Assembly: GCA_002391625.1 (NCBI GenBank)
Contig: DGFJ01000007.1
Coordinates: 5,900-69,899 of the forward strand
Length of the DNA: 64,000 bases
Reading direction: 5' to 3'
DNA from: Ruminococcaceae bacterium UBA3903
Lineage (GTDB): Bacteria; Bacillota; Clostridia; Oscillospirales; Acutalibacteraceae
This document shows positions 19,860 to 29,839 of the stretch, in pieces (positions within the stretch are counted from its first letter, which is position 1; each line of letters begins with the position of its first letter). The notes beneath the pieces were generated by a model, which saw only the letters and a list, made by a program, of their open reading frames with translations, did no database searches and was not told the DNA's origin. A program made the position numbers and the translations under genes.

Positions 19860-20900
19860 ATGAATAATAACTACGGATATGTACCGTTCAACGTACCAAA
19901 CAATCAAATTGTAAGCAATGATGTTATTAATAAACAAGCTGAAATAAAAGACATTAAAAGACTAGGTAACAAAATTGGTGGTTCACTGATTCTATATACA
20001 GTGCTTTCAAATGTACTTTCTATTGGATTATTACTTTTTGTTATAGTTAGTGGAGCATATGACCAAGCTAACCCTAACTATATTTCGGGGATAAATCCAA
20101 CGGCGTATTATCTGCTTTCTGGCTGTATATCCATAGCCACCGCCGTTATTTCCGGAATATTTTTATGTAAGCTGTCAAAAAACAACATAGACCATGTAAT
20201 CAAGCTTAAAATAGTAAATTTCAAAAAGACGCTGGCTTTGATGTTGGTATGTATGTCGTTTATATTTATTTCCAATATAGCTTTATCCCTGTTGAACTTA
20301 AATCTTTCACTGTTTGGTTTTAAAAACACAATACCAGAAAGCAACAGTGGCAGCTCCATTGTTGATTATGGCTTATATTTTTTATCAGTTGCAATTATTC
20401 CACCTTTAGTTGAGGAATTTTTATTTCGTGGTGCTATAATGGGCTCACTGCGAAAGTATGGAGATGGTTTTGCAATACTTATTTCCTCATTGCTGTTCGG
20501 GCTGGCACATGGTAATTTTGTACAGACACCTGTAACTTTTTTAGCAGGACTCTTAATGGGTGCTTTGACAATTTATACAGGATCGCTAATCCCATCAATA
20601 ATACTTCATTTTCTTAACAATTCATTATCTGTAGTTACCGATATTGCTGTACAAACCTTCGGAGAACAAATACCAAGTGTAATGTATACAGGCTTAATGG
20701 TAGTGTCCCTTGTTGTCGGATTGCTGGCTATGGCATATTTAGCAAAGAAAGACAAGCATATACTTACGGTTCTGCCATCAAGCACCATAGCTACCCTAAA
20801 ACAAAAAACGCTATATGTTTTCACAAGTGTTACCATAATTATTGTTGTTATAATTAACCTTATTACCGCAATAACAGTCGCAGTGGGTTCAGCATTATGA
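19860..20900 (+). CDS. CPBP-family intramembrane glutamic endopeptidase (CAAX protease-like)
   Basis: Motifs EEFLFRG, FGLAHG and HFLNN in a polytopic membrane protein. Confidence 0.85.
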   Translation: MNNNYGYVPFNVPNNQIVSNDVINKQAEIKDIKRLGNKIGGSLILYTVLSNVLSIGLLLFVIVSGAYDQANPNYISGINPTAYYLLSGCISIATAVISGIFLCKLSKNNIDHVIKLKIVNFKKTLALMLVCMSFIFISNIALSLLNLNLSLFGFKNTIPESNSGSSIVDYGLYFLSVAIIPPLVEEFLFRGAIMGSLRKYGDGFAILISSLLFGLAHGNFVQTPVTFLAGLLMGALTIYTGSLIPSIILHFLNNSLSVVTDIAVQTFGEQIPSVMYTGLMVVSLVVGLLAMAYLAKKDKHILTVLPSSTIATLKQKTLYVFTSVTIIIVVIINLITAITVAVGSAL

Positions 20901-21373
20901 GCAACAAGAACAACGAATTTATGGAGGCGGCATATAAATTAGCTAAACAGGCAGCTGACATAGGCGAAGTGCCTGTGGGAGCAGTTGTTGTTCATAAGAA
21001 TACGATTGTAGGCACAGGAATTAACCGACGTGAAACCGAGAAAAATGCACTGTGTCATGCGGAGATAGAGGCCATTAATAATGCTTGTAAAAGCTTAGAT
21101 GGATGGCGGCTATGGGATTGTGAACTATATGTTACATTAGAGCCTTGCCCTATGTGTACGGGCGCTATTATAAATTCACGAATTAAACGTGTGGTGTTTG
21201 GTGCATACGATAAAAAATCTGGTTCCTGTGGGTCAGTAATTAATCTTTTAGACTACCCATATAACCATAAGCCTGTCATAACAGGTGGTTATATGGAGGA
21301 TAAATGTGCAGAATTGTTAACCGATTTTTTTAAAAAGCTGAGGTATAAAAAAAACAGCAAGGAAGGTATATAG
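20897..21373 (+). CDS. tadA: tRNA adenosine(34) deaminase
   Basis: Zinc motifs HAEIEAI and PCPMCTGA. It shares an ATGA overlap with the upstream CPBP gene. Confidence 0.9.
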   Translation: MSNKNNEFMEAAYKLAKQAADIGEVPVGAVVVHKNTIVGTGINRRETEKNALCHAEIEAINNACKSLDGWRLWDCELYVTLEPCPMCTGAIINSRIKRVVFGAYDKKSGSCGSVINLLDYPYNHKPVITGGYMEDKCAELLTDFFKKLRYKKNSKEGI

Positions 21374-21394
21374 CACCTTCCTTGCTGTTTTGTG
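21355..21394 (+). terminator. Rho-independent terminator of the CPBP-tadA unit
   Basis: A 13-bp stem, CAGCAAGGAAGGT / ACCTTCCTTGCTG, followed by TTTTGTG. The hairpin overlaps the tadA stop codon. Confidence 0.75.
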
Positions 21395-21434
21395 TCTTTA
21401 TATAAATGCGTCTACGCTTAACATTAAGCTTTAA

Positions 21435-22712
21435 TTAGATTTTAGTATTAATATATCCTTTATCATACATAGCCTGTGCTGCCAATAGGATACCAATTTT
21501 TCCGCTGTGGAAGTTTAGTGAGCCTTGCAGCCATGCGGAATACGGCTCTCTTAGTGGTGCATCTGCTGATAATTCAATAGTTGAGCCTAACGTAAAAGCA
21601 CCAGCTGCCATAATAACCTGACTGTCATACCCAGGCATATCAGCGGGTTCAGGCACAGCAAAGGAATCTACTGGCGCACCAGCCTGTATTCCACGACAAA
21701 ATTCTATTAGTGCATCATTAGATTGTAAATTTAAAAGCTGTATAATATCTCCACGGGTGCTGTCCACCTTTGGGTCTACATCAAAGCCTAATAGCTGAAA
21801 TAATGCAGATGCAAATACAGCAGTTTTTAAAGCCTCCCCCGTTGCGTGTGGTGCATTAAAAGCACCTAGAAACAATTCCCTGTTAACGCCTAGCGTTGCC
21901 CCTTGCTCCTTTCCTATACCTGGTGTGGTTAAGCGGTATGCACATTGCTCTACTAAAGCCTTACGTCCGGCTATATATCCACCTGTTGGAGCTATACCAC
22001 CACCTGGATTTTTTATTAATGAACCTGCCATTATATCAACACCATAGTCTAGTGGCTGTTCTTTTTCTACAAATTCGCCATAGCAGTTATCAAGCATTAC
22101 AATGGCACTGGATGCTTTCTTTTTAGCTATATGGGCAATTTTGGAAATTTCATCTATTGTTAGGGATGGGCGTAGCTCATATCCACGGGAACGCTGTATG
22201 TAAACCATCTTTATGTCAGAGTTAATTGCCTGTTCTATTGCTGCGTAATCTGGTTTACCATTTAAATCTAAAGGAACCTCTTTATACTTTATCCCAAAAT
22301 CCAACAGCGAGCCTGAATAGTTACCGGATAGCCCAATGGCGCTTTGCAATGTATCGTAGGGTGTTCCTGTAACAGACAGCATAATATCATCTGGACGCAG
22401 CATACCAAACAACGCCACGGTTAATGCGTGTGTACCACAAACAAAATTATATCTAACCAATGCATCCTCTGCATTAAACACGGTTGCATATACTCTGTCA
22501 AGTGCCTCTCTGCCTCTGTCATCGTATCCATACCCAGTAGTAGCAGAAAAATAACTTTCGCTTACACCGGCCTTTTGAAAGGCATACAGCATCTTTTCTT
22601 GGTTGTATGCCTGTATATCCTCAATAATTTTAAACTGATTATCACACATTTTCATTGCCTCATCAGCCTTCTGTAAAATCATAGGATTTATATTAAAAAA
22701 TGGAGTTTCCAT
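21435..22712 (-). CDS. Methionine gamma-lyase family / aluminium-resistance (YnbB-like) PLP-dependent protein
   Basis: About 425 aa with a Cys/Met-metabolism PLP-enzyme-like fold and the typical YnbB N-terminus (...QAYNQEKMLYAFQKAGVSESYF). The start is set at METPFF after a GAAAGGA RBS. Confidence 0.75.
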   Translation of the reverse strand: METPFFNINPMILQKADEAMKMCDNQFKIIEDIQAYNQEKMLYAFQKAGVSESYFSATTGYGYDDRGREALDRVYATVFNAEDALVRYNFVCGTHALTVALFGMLRPDDIMLSVTGTPYDTLQSAIGLSGNYSGSLLDFGIKYKEVPLDLNGKPDYAAIEQAINSDIKMVYIQRSRGYELRPSLTIDEISKIAHIAKKKASSAIVMLDNCYGEFVEKEQPLDYGVDIMAGSLIKNPGGGIAPTGGYIAGRKALVEQCAYRLTTPGIGKEQGATLGVNRELFLGAFNAPHATGEALKTAVFASALFQLLGFDVDPKVDSTRGDIIQLLNLQSNDALIEFCRGIQAGAPVDSFAVPEPADMPGYDSQVIMAAGAFTLGSTIELSADAPLREPYSAWLQGSLNFHSGKIGILLAAQAMYDKGYINTKI

Positions 22713-22729
22713 AACAATTCCTTTCAATA

Positions 22730-23509
22730 TTAATTGGCAAAATAAAATTCTTTCCACTGTCCAACACTACTAAACCCCAGACATTTGTAAAACTGTTGCA
22801 GGTTAGTATCTGCATAGTGAAGATAAATGTCTTTTTTATTATAATAGCTTTGGATATATTTAATTAAATTTGTAGCATATCCTTTGCGTTGATATTCTGG
22901 CAATGTGGCTATACCGCTTAAAATCACACCTTGTGCTGTTACTGCCACGGCACAGCCAACAGACACCAGCGTATATGCATCATATGTCCCAAATATTGCA
23001 GCTGTACCTTTGCGTATTCTATGGGAAATATCTGGATAAAAGCTGTTAAAATCTGGAATAGCAAAGCTGTCTGACTGATTAGCTTTTATAACTGAATAGT
23101 AATCTCTAATACTTATTGTGTTGCTGACCCTATGACCCTTTAGCCCTGCACAGGTCTGCAAGGATTGGTATTGCATAACACCACCAATATTTACAGCGTT
23201 ATTATGAGCCAATGATAAAGCATATTGATTATCACATAGGACAGAGGTATACCCTATCATCTGAATAAAGGAATCCAGTTCTTCACAGTGGGACAAATTT
23301 GATAAATCAATGATAATCTGCCCACCGTATTTTGCTATACCCGTTGTAAAAACATTTTTATCATTTTTCTGATACCAAAAACTGCACAAATTTGGATAAT
23401 CCTTATAGGCATTATAAAGTGCAATTACTCTGGTGGAATATGGGTTAATCTGTAATTTATCAATATAACCATGCCAGTCTTTGTTATTACCCTGTATTAG
23501 CTTTATCAT
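22730..23509 (-). CDS. GNAT-family N-acetyltransferase
   Basis: The C-terminal acetyl-CoA motif GIATLPEYQRKGYATNLI. The start at MIKLIQ forms an ATGA overlap with the stop of the upstream M42 gene. Confidence 0.7.
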   Translation of the reverse strand: MIKLIQGNNKDWHGYIDKLQINPYSTRVIALYNAYKDYPNLCSFWYQKNDKNVFTTGIAKYGGQIIIDLSNLSHCEELDSFIQMIGYTSVLCDNQYALSLAHNNAVNIGGVMQYQSLQTCAGLKGHRVSNTISIRDYYSVIKANQSDSFAIPDFNSFYPDISHRIRKGTAAIFGTYDAYTLVSVGCAVAVTAQGVILSGIATLPEYQRKGYATNLIKYIQSYYNKKDIYLHYADTNLQQFYKCLGFSSVGQWKEFYFAN

Positions 23510-24534
23510 ATACAGTCGGACAAAATAGCGTTGGCAATAGCCTTTACCGTAACAGCTACAGCGTACAAATCGCTGTCCGCTATTAGCCCACAGCAAGAAT
23601 GTAAATATCTGCATGGTACAGAAACTGCAACAGTTCTGACACCGCTTTTTGAGCTGTGTATTGCACCCGCATCATTACCACCAGCTACTGCCTTTTTTAG
23701 CTGTGCTTTAACACCGTTCTCCTTACCACATTTCATTGCCAGCTTAACCAGCTGTTTGTCATATATTGTTCGTCTATCCATAAATGAAATTACTGCACCA
23801 TCACCAACGTTGCAAACCTGTTTGCAAGGCTCAACATTTGGGATATCAGCCGCAGTAGTGGCTTCAATTACTATGGCAAGGTCTGGCTCTACATCATACA
23901 CAGCACATTTACTGCCACGCAAGCCTACCTCTTCTTGTACAACAAAGGAAAACCACATATCGTATTCAAGGTCAGAATTTATCATTTCTATCATCATCAT
24001 ACAACCAGCACGATCATCTATTGCCTTGCCAATAATAATATTTTTTTCACAAATAAATGGACTAGAAAAGGACACGCTGTCACCTAGGTTAACAGCAGAC
24101 ATAGCCTCCGCCTTATCCTTAGCACCGATGTCAATACACATACTGCTATAGCTTGCTATTTTATCACGTTCATCGCTGTCTAATAAATGTACCGGCTTAG
24201 CACAAATAACACCGTTTATGTTATCCTTGCCAACAGAAACAGTCTTTCCCATAACAACACGCCTATCTATGCCACCAACCTCAGTGAATTTTAAAAAGCC
24301 ATCCCTGGTTATGTCTGTTACAATAAACCCCACCTCGTCCATATGTGCAGAAATCATTAATTTTTTGTTAGGAGTCTTCTTTCCCTTTTTAAAGGCGATT
24401 AAATTACCCATATTATCAGTTTTTATTGTAGTAGCATTATTTCTAATTTGTGAGATTATATATTTCCTAACATTCGCCTCATCACCAGATATACCATTAA
24501 GGCTGCACAGATTTTTTAGCAATTCTATATTCAT
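23506..24534 (-). CDS. M42-family metallopeptidase (aminopeptidase/endoglucanase-like)
   Basis: SGDE..., HMDEVGF, ALDDR-like (AIDDRAG) and QEEVGLRG motifs. The start is set at MNIELL, directly after the preceding stop. Confidence 0.8.
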   Translation of the reverse strand: MNIELLKNLCSLNGISGDEANVRKYIISQIRNNATTIKTDNMGNLIAFKKGKKTPNKKLMISAHMDEVGFIVTDITRDGFLKFTEVGGIDRRVVMGKTVSVGKDNINGVICAKPVHLLDSDERDKIASYSSMCIDIGAKDKAEAMSAVNLGDSVSFSSPFICEKNIIIGKAIDDRAGCMMMIEMINSDLEYDMWFSFVVQEEVGLRGSKCAVYDVEPDLAIVIEATTAADIPNVEPCKQVCNVGDGAVISFMDRRTIYDKQLVKLAMKCGKENGVKAQLKKAVAGGNDAGAIHSSKSGVRTVAVSVPCRYLHSCCGLIADSDLYAVAVTVKAIANAILSDCI

Positions 24535-25571
24535 TTTAATTCTGTACTCCTTTTTATAATATATTTGCATAATAGCATACTGGTATTTTCCAAATCATTT
24601 AAATCGATAACCTCTGCCTGTGTGTGCATATTTCTAAGCGGTATTGACACCAAGGCCGTTTTTATACCAGACCCTGTAACAGAAATACAGTCAGCCGTTG
24701 TACCTGTTGTGCCACCCATTATTTCCAGCTGATATGGAATTGAATTTTCTTCTGCTGTTTTTTGTAGGCTAGACACCATGCTTTTATTTAATATAGGAGA
24801 AATGCCAATCATGGGTCCATTAGACATTTTTCCGCACTGATGGGAAGCCACATCTGGCTGATTGGCAAAGCTAACATCCACTGATATAGCTTCATTAGGT
24901 GATACTGTAAAGGCACCGGTCCTTGCACCTAAGCATCCTGTTTCTTCCTGACTGCTCAACAGTATAGTAACCTTGCAATTAAGCCTTTCACTATATAATG
25001 CTTTAGCACATAATATTAATGCAGCCACACCAGCACTGTTGTCCAGTGCCAAGGAGGATATCCTGCTTCCTAAAAGCATTTTTGGTTCACAGTACATAAC
25101 GGCTCTATCTCCTAGGGATACTAAATCATTCACTTCCGCTGATGACAAGCCTGTGTCAAGCCATATGCTGTCACCTGACATTGCCTTGTCCTCACCCCCA
25201 TCTGTTAAATGTGGAGGTAAGCAGCATACAACAGAAAAAATCTCCTGCTTGCCTAAAATTTTTATTGGACTGCCAGCCAGTACACGTCTGTCTATACCGC
25301 CACAACCATCCACCTTTATAAAGCCACTATCATTAATATAGGTCACAATAAAACCAATTTGGTCAATATGTGCATCTAACATAATGTTATAGTCACTGTT
25401 TTTATCACCAAATACTGCCATTAGGTTGCCATTAAAATCCACAGTAACATCGCAGCACTGCTTTAACAGCTCCTGTGCAGCAAACAAGGCATTTTCCTCT
25501 GCACCTGAAACAGAATATGCTGTAGATATTTTAAACAGGGTATCCACCATCATGCACACATCCTTTAACAT
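24531..25571 (-). CDS. M42-family metallopeptidase (second tandem paralogue)
   Basis: AHIDQIGF, ALDNSAG and SQEETGCLGA motifs. It is paralogous to the downstream gene. Confidence 0.8.
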   Translation of the reverse strand: MLKDVCMMVDTLFKISTAYSVSGAEENALFAAQELLKQCCDVTVDFNGNLMAVFGDKNSDYNIMLDAHIDQIGFIVTYINDSGFIKVDGCGGIDRRVLAGSPIKILGKQEIFSVVCCLPPHLTDGGEDKAMSGDSIWLDTGLSSAEVNDLVSLGDRAVMYCEPKMLLGSRISSLALDNSAGVAALILCAKALYSERLNCKVTILLSSQEETGCLGARTGAFTVSPNEAISVDVSFANQPDVASHQCGKMSNGPMIGISPILNKSMVSSLQKTAEENSIPYQLEIMGGTTGTTADCISVTGSGIKTALVSIPLRNMHTQAEVIDLNDLENTSMLLCKYIIKRSTELK

Positions 25572-25572
25572 A

Positions 25573-26967
25573 TTATTTTAGATTATTTACCAGAGCTTTA
25601 AAGTGTTTGCCACGTTCATCAAAGTTTTTATATAAGTCGAAGCTGGCACTAGCAGGTGACATAGAAACAATATCACCATTTTTGGCTACCTCATACGCCT
25701 TAGCCACAGCCTGCTCCATATTGTCAACATCAATAATTACCGGATTGTTTTCTGAGTAATTAGGGGAGCTTATTACAGCTTCTTTAATTTTTGGGGCGGT
25801 AGCACCCATTAATATTAATATTTTAACCTTATCCGATATTACAGGACCTAAATCCTGATACGGGATTTTTTTGTCATAGCCACCAGCCAGCAAAATAATT
25901 TTTTCGTCATACAGTGACAGCGTACCTAAGGCTGTTCTTGTAGGGCTGGATGCAATAGAATCGTTATAGTATTTTACACCATGCAGCTCTCTGACAAATT
26001 CGGCTCTATGCTCCACTCCCGCAAAGCTTTTTGCCACTGATTTAATTATTTCAACATCTACTAATCCCCACACAGCAGATATAGCTGCCATATAGTTTTC
26101 CACATTGTGCAGACCAGGTATATTAATGATAGCTTTATTCATAATAGTAGTAGTTTCACCATAAATGTTAGCTATTATGTCCCCCTGTTCGTTTAAGTAT
26201 ACACCATTTTTAACCACACTTTTACGGCTAAATTTCAGCACCTCACCACGGCATAGACTGGTAAAGCTGTTTGTTATTTCATTGTCTTGGTTTAGCACTG
26301 CCCTGCCAAAACTATTTTGGTGTAAAATAACGTTTTTCTTTGCATCTATATATTCCTGCATATCCTTGTGCATATCCAAATGATTAGGAGCAAGGTTGGT
26401 AACAACAGCAATATCAGGGCTTTTTCTCATAGAAATCAACTGAAAGCTGGACAGCTCTACTACTGCCACATCATCATATTCTATTTCTTCGATTTTAGGT
26501 AAAAGTGGAGTACCAATGTTGCCACCCAAGTGAACTGTTTTACCTGTAGCCTTTAGAAGCTGTGAAATAATAGACGTTGTTGTAGTTTTTCCGTCACTGC
26601 CAGTAACAGCGATAATTTCACAAGGACACAAATCAAAGAATACTTCCATTTCAGAGGTTACCACCACACCGTCTTCACGCATTTTCACAAGCTCGTCCAT
26701 GTAATAACGCATACCAGGCGTTCTAAAAATTATATCAACATCCAAGTCTTTTAAATAATTTTCCCCTAAGCTTAGCACAGCACCGGCTTTTTCTGCCTTT
26801 TTTGCATTCTCACCTAATTTTTCTTTAGTCTTGCTGTCGCAGGCGGTTACTATCGCACCGTATTTTGAAAATAATTCTATTAAAGGTAGATTACTGTTAC
26901 CGATACCTATAAAGGCAATTTTTTTGCCCTTCATACTTGTTAAAAAGTTTTTTACTCTGTTATCCAT
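25573..26967 (-). CDS. murD: UDP-N-acetylmuramoyl-L-alanine--D-glutamate ligase
   Basis: The Mur ligase P-loop GSDGKTTT in a 464-aa protein with a Rossmann-like N-terminus (IAFIGIGNSN). Confidence 0.9.
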   Translation of the reverse strand: MDNRVKNFLTSMKGKKIAFIGIGNSNLPLIELFSKYGAIVTACDSKTKEKLGENAKKAEKAGAVLSLGENYLKDLDVDIIFRTPGMRYYMDELVKMREDGVVVTSEMEVFFDLCPCEIIAVTGSDGKTTTTSIISQLLKATGKTVHLGGNIGTPLLPKIEEIEYDDVAVVELSSFQLISMRKSPDIAVVTNLAPNHLDMHKDMQEYIDAKKNVILHQNSFGRAVLNQDNEITNSFTSLCRGEVLKFSRKSVVKNGVYLNEQGDIIANIYGETTTIMNKAIINIPGLHNVENYMAAISAVWGLVDVEIIKSVAKSFAGVEHRAEFVRELHGVKYYNDSIASSPTRTALGTLSLYDEKIILLAGGYDKKIPYQDLGPVISDKVKILILMGATAPKIKEAVISSPNYSENNPVIIDVDNMEQAVAKAYEVAKNGDIVSMSPASASFDLYKNFDERGKHFKALVNNLK

Positions 26968-27124
26968 GAATATTCGACCTTTCGGTTAAAAAATTTATTA
27001 CTATCGTCTGCTATTATACTTTTTTTGGCAAAAAATATCAACTGTATAGATTTATTAATGATATCATATTGAAATAAATTTACGCCAATGTTAAAATATG
27101 TACAAAAGAAACGGTGGTGTAAAA

Positions 27125-28510
27125 ATGATATACGATTTTATTGAGCTAAACAAAAGCAAAGGTTCTCCACTATATTTACAGCTGTACACCACCATTAAGA
27201 AAAGTATAGAAAACGGCAATCTTTCCTATGACAGTAAGCTGCCCTCTATACGAAAGCTATCAGAAGATTTATCATTAAGCAGAACTACCATCGAAAATGC
27301 ATACAACCAGCTGTGCGCCGAAGGATACATTCGCAATGTTCCACAAAAGGGATACTATGTACAAGCTACGGTTCACAAAATAGCACCAGATAAAAGCACT
27401 ATTGGTAAAATCGGATTACAGGACACATTTAAAGCACCAATTAAATACGATTTTACAGGTAAAAGCGTAGATATTGATAATATCAATTTGAAAATTTGGA
27501 AAAGATATATTCGTAATGTCCTAAACTGTGAATATTTAATAACTGCATATGGTCATCCACAGGGTGAAGAAGAGCTAAGAATAGCTCTTTCAAAATACAG
27601 CTATAGTGTGCGTGGTGTATGTGGAAAACCAGAAAATATAGTCATAGGAGCAGGTACTCAGCCACTGCTGTACCTAATATGCGGATTAGTGCGAGATTAC
27701 GGTGACACTATAGCAATGGAAACAGTTGGGTTTAATCATGCTCAACAGGTTTTTGAGGACTGTGGCTTAAGCATAGTTAAAATAGACAGCGATGACAACG
27801 GTATTACACCACAAAGCCTAAAGGATAGTGGTGCAAGGATTTTACTTGTTAATCCATCAGGAAATTTAACAACTGGTAAAACATTAAAAATGAACAGAAG
27901 AATGGATATAATAAAATGGGCCAATGAAAATAATGGTATAATAATTGAAGACGATTACAACGGTGAGCTTCGTTACAGTACACATCCCATCCCAGCTATG
28001 CAGGGCTACAGCAATGACAGAGTTATTTATATGGGTTCTTTTTCAAAGCTGTTGCTGCCATCCGTCAGGATAAGCTATATGACATTACCACAAAATTTAG
28101 TTGATAAATATAAAATAAACATGAGCAGATATAACCAGACGGCTTCTAAAATAGAACAGCTTGCATTAGCTAGATATATAAAGGACGGCAGTCTAGAAAA
28201 GCATTTACGAAAGCTTAGAAAAATATACAGCGAAAAGAGCGTGATAATGTCCAATACCTTAAAAAAGCAATTTGGTGACAGCGCAGATATATATTTACTA
28301 GAAACATCATTGGCATTTAATATTGTACTAAACAAAAAAACAGATATTAACCACCTATATAATAAATTGGTACAACAAGGAATAAAAATAATAAAAAACA
28401 AGTCAAAAGAAAATTCCTTTGACTTGTCATTTTCCGGAATACCTGTTCAAAATATTTCCACAGCTATCACCATAATAAAAAACACGGTTGACACAATCAA
28501 CCGTGTTTGA
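27125..28510 (+). CDS. MocR-like transcriptional regulator (GntR HTH fused to a PLP aminotransferase-like domain)
   Basis: An N-terminal GntR HTH (LPSIRKLSEDLSLSRTTIENAYNQL) joined to a class I aminotransferase-like body (GSFSKLLLPSVRISY). The start is set at MIYDF after a GGTGGTG RBS. Confidence 0.85.
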   Translation: MIYDFIELNKSKGSPLYLQLYTTIKKSIENGNLSYDSKLPSIRKLSEDLSLSRTTIENAYNQLCAEGYIRNVPQKGYYVQATVHKIAPDKSTIGKIGLQDTFKAPIKYDFTGKSVDIDNINLKIWKRYIRNVLNCEYLITAYGHPQGEEELRIALSKYSYSVRGVCGKPENIVIGAGTQPLLYLICGLVRDYGDTIAMETVGFNHAQQVFEDCGLSIVKIDSDDNGITPQSLKDSGARILLVNPSGNLTTGKTLKMNRRMDIIKWANENNGIIIEDDYNGELRYSTHPIPAMQGYSNDRVIYMGSFSKLLLPSVRISYMTLPQNLVDKYKINMSRYNQTASKIEQLALARYIKDGSLEKHLRKLRKIYSEKSVIMSNTLKKQFGDSADIYLLETSLAFNIVLNKKTDINHLYNKLVQQGIKIIKNKSKENSFDLSFSGIPVQNISTAITIIKNTVDTINRV

Positions 28511-28522
28511 AGGGGTATGTAA

Positions 28523-28768
28523 TTACGCTCTACCTAAAAGATAATCTACCGAAACCTCTAGGATATCCGCCAACGCAACTAACTCAACATCAGTTACATA
28601 TCTGATTTGCCCCTCTAATTTTGATAAGCCAGATGCGTTCATATCCACACCGCTTACCTGTAGCTGTGCTAAAAGTTCTTTTTGCTTCATACCCTTTTTC
28701 TTTCTGGCAATTTCAACTTTGGCACCAACTAAGTTCCTGTCACCCAATGCCTGTTTACGTAACCTCAT
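28523..28768 (-). CDS. XRE-family helix-turn-helix transcriptional regulator
   Basis: An 81-aa protein with a typical HTH_3 core (KGMKQKELLAQLQVSGVDMNASGLSKLE). Confidence 0.75.
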   Translation of the reverse strand: MRLRKQALGDRNLVGAKVEIARKKKGMKQKELLAQLQVSGVDMNASGLSKLEGQIRYVTDVELVALADILEVSVDYLLGRA

Positions 28769-28994
28769 TTTTCCACTCCATCCGATACCGCCATTGCAGA
28801 CTGTATCGTCATTATTTCAAAAAATACCACAAATATCAAGAACCATTATATAACGCAGTTTTACAAAAAACAAGCTGTTTACCATCTTTTTATGACTTTA
28901 TATACCAGAATTTCTAAAAATCTCTGTTTTATACAAATCACAAAAATGATTTTTGGTAATAAATTTTAAAATATATTATAAAGGAGCAAGTAAT

Positions 28995-29663
28995 ATGAAC
29001 AAGCAAGATTTAATTAACAAATCCAATAGCTTTATGAGTAGACTGTACGATAGCTTTTTAACTGCACCCGTACAATCATTAGATGTCCTTAACAGCAGTG
29101 ATACCTGTATTGTAATCATTGACATGATAAATGGCTTTGCAAAAAGCGGTGCATTATATAGTGACAGAATAAAAGCTATTAGTAATGATGTAGCCACATT
29201 GGCAAAAACCGCCCACAGTAAAAGCTTTAACGTTATTGCCTTTGCTGACAGCCACACCCCTAGCAGTACAGAGCTTGGTTATTATCCTCAGCACTGCATA
29301 AAAGGAACAGACGAGGCTCAAATAATAGATGAGCTTCAGGGTATTAAGGACATAACAATTATAGAGAAAAATTCCACAAACGGTTTTTTAGAGGACAAGT
29401 TTCAGCAATGGCTAATTACTAATAGCGAGATTAAAAATTATATTGTAGTGGGCTGCTGTACAGATATTTGCATTGAACAGTTTGCCCTAACTTTAAAGGG
29501 ATATTTTAATAAGAATAATAAAAAGTCCAGAATTATAGTACCAATAAACCTAGTTGCAACCTATGATTCACCAACCCATAATGGTGATTTTACACAGATG
29601 GCAGCATTATACACAATGAATATAAACGGTATTGAAATAGTAAAAAATATAAAATCTATTTAA
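28995..29663 (+). CDS. Isochorismatase-family cysteine hydrolase (nicotinamidase-like)
   Basis: Catalytic triad context: IIDMINGF (Asp), EKNSTNGF (Lys), VGCCTDICI (Cys). The start is set at MNKQDL after an AAAGGAG RBS. Confidence 0.8.
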   Translation: MNKQDLINKSNSFMSRLYDSFLTAPVQSLDVLNSSDTCIVIIDMINGFAKSGALYSDRIKAISNDVATLAKTAHSKSFNVIAFADSHTPSSTELGYYPQHCIKGTDEAQIIDELQGIKDITIIEKNSTNGFLEDKFQQWLITNSEIKNYIVVGCCTDICIEQFALTLKGYFNKNNKKSRIIVPINLVATYDSPTHNGDFTQMAALYTMNINGIEIVKNIKSI

Positions 29664-29669
29664 TTATTT

Positions 29670-29717
29670 GCACACCTGTGAACCTATTGTGAAGCTTAAC
29701 AGGTGTGCTTTTATTTG
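29670..29717 (+). terminator. Probable terminator after the isochorismatase-family gene
   Basis: A 9-bp stem, GCACACCTG / CAGGTGTGC, with a 21-nt loop, followed by TTTTATTTG. Confidence 0.55.
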
Positions 29718-29766
29718 TAAATAATTATATGTAGCTTCATTGGATTATAAACTTTTTACTTATTTA

Positions 29767-29796
29767 TTGAACTACAGTAGTAAAGTATGTTATAAT
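29767..29796 (+). promoter_or_regulatory. Sigma-A-type promoter candidate for the RND gene
   Basis: TTGAAC - 18 nt - TATAAT, about 45 nt upstream of the AGGAG RBS. Confidence 0.5.
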
Positions 29797-29839
29797 ATTA
29801 ACAAGCTTTTTATCTTAGTGTATTATAGGAGTTGAGTCA

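Noticed and set aside
23531-25341. Plus-strand ORFs 23531-24151, 24218-24559 and 24973-25341 antisense to the M42 peptidase genes
   Set aside because: Shadow ORFs. The minus-strand products carry clear M42 motifs, and the plus-strand products do not resemble any protein I recognise.
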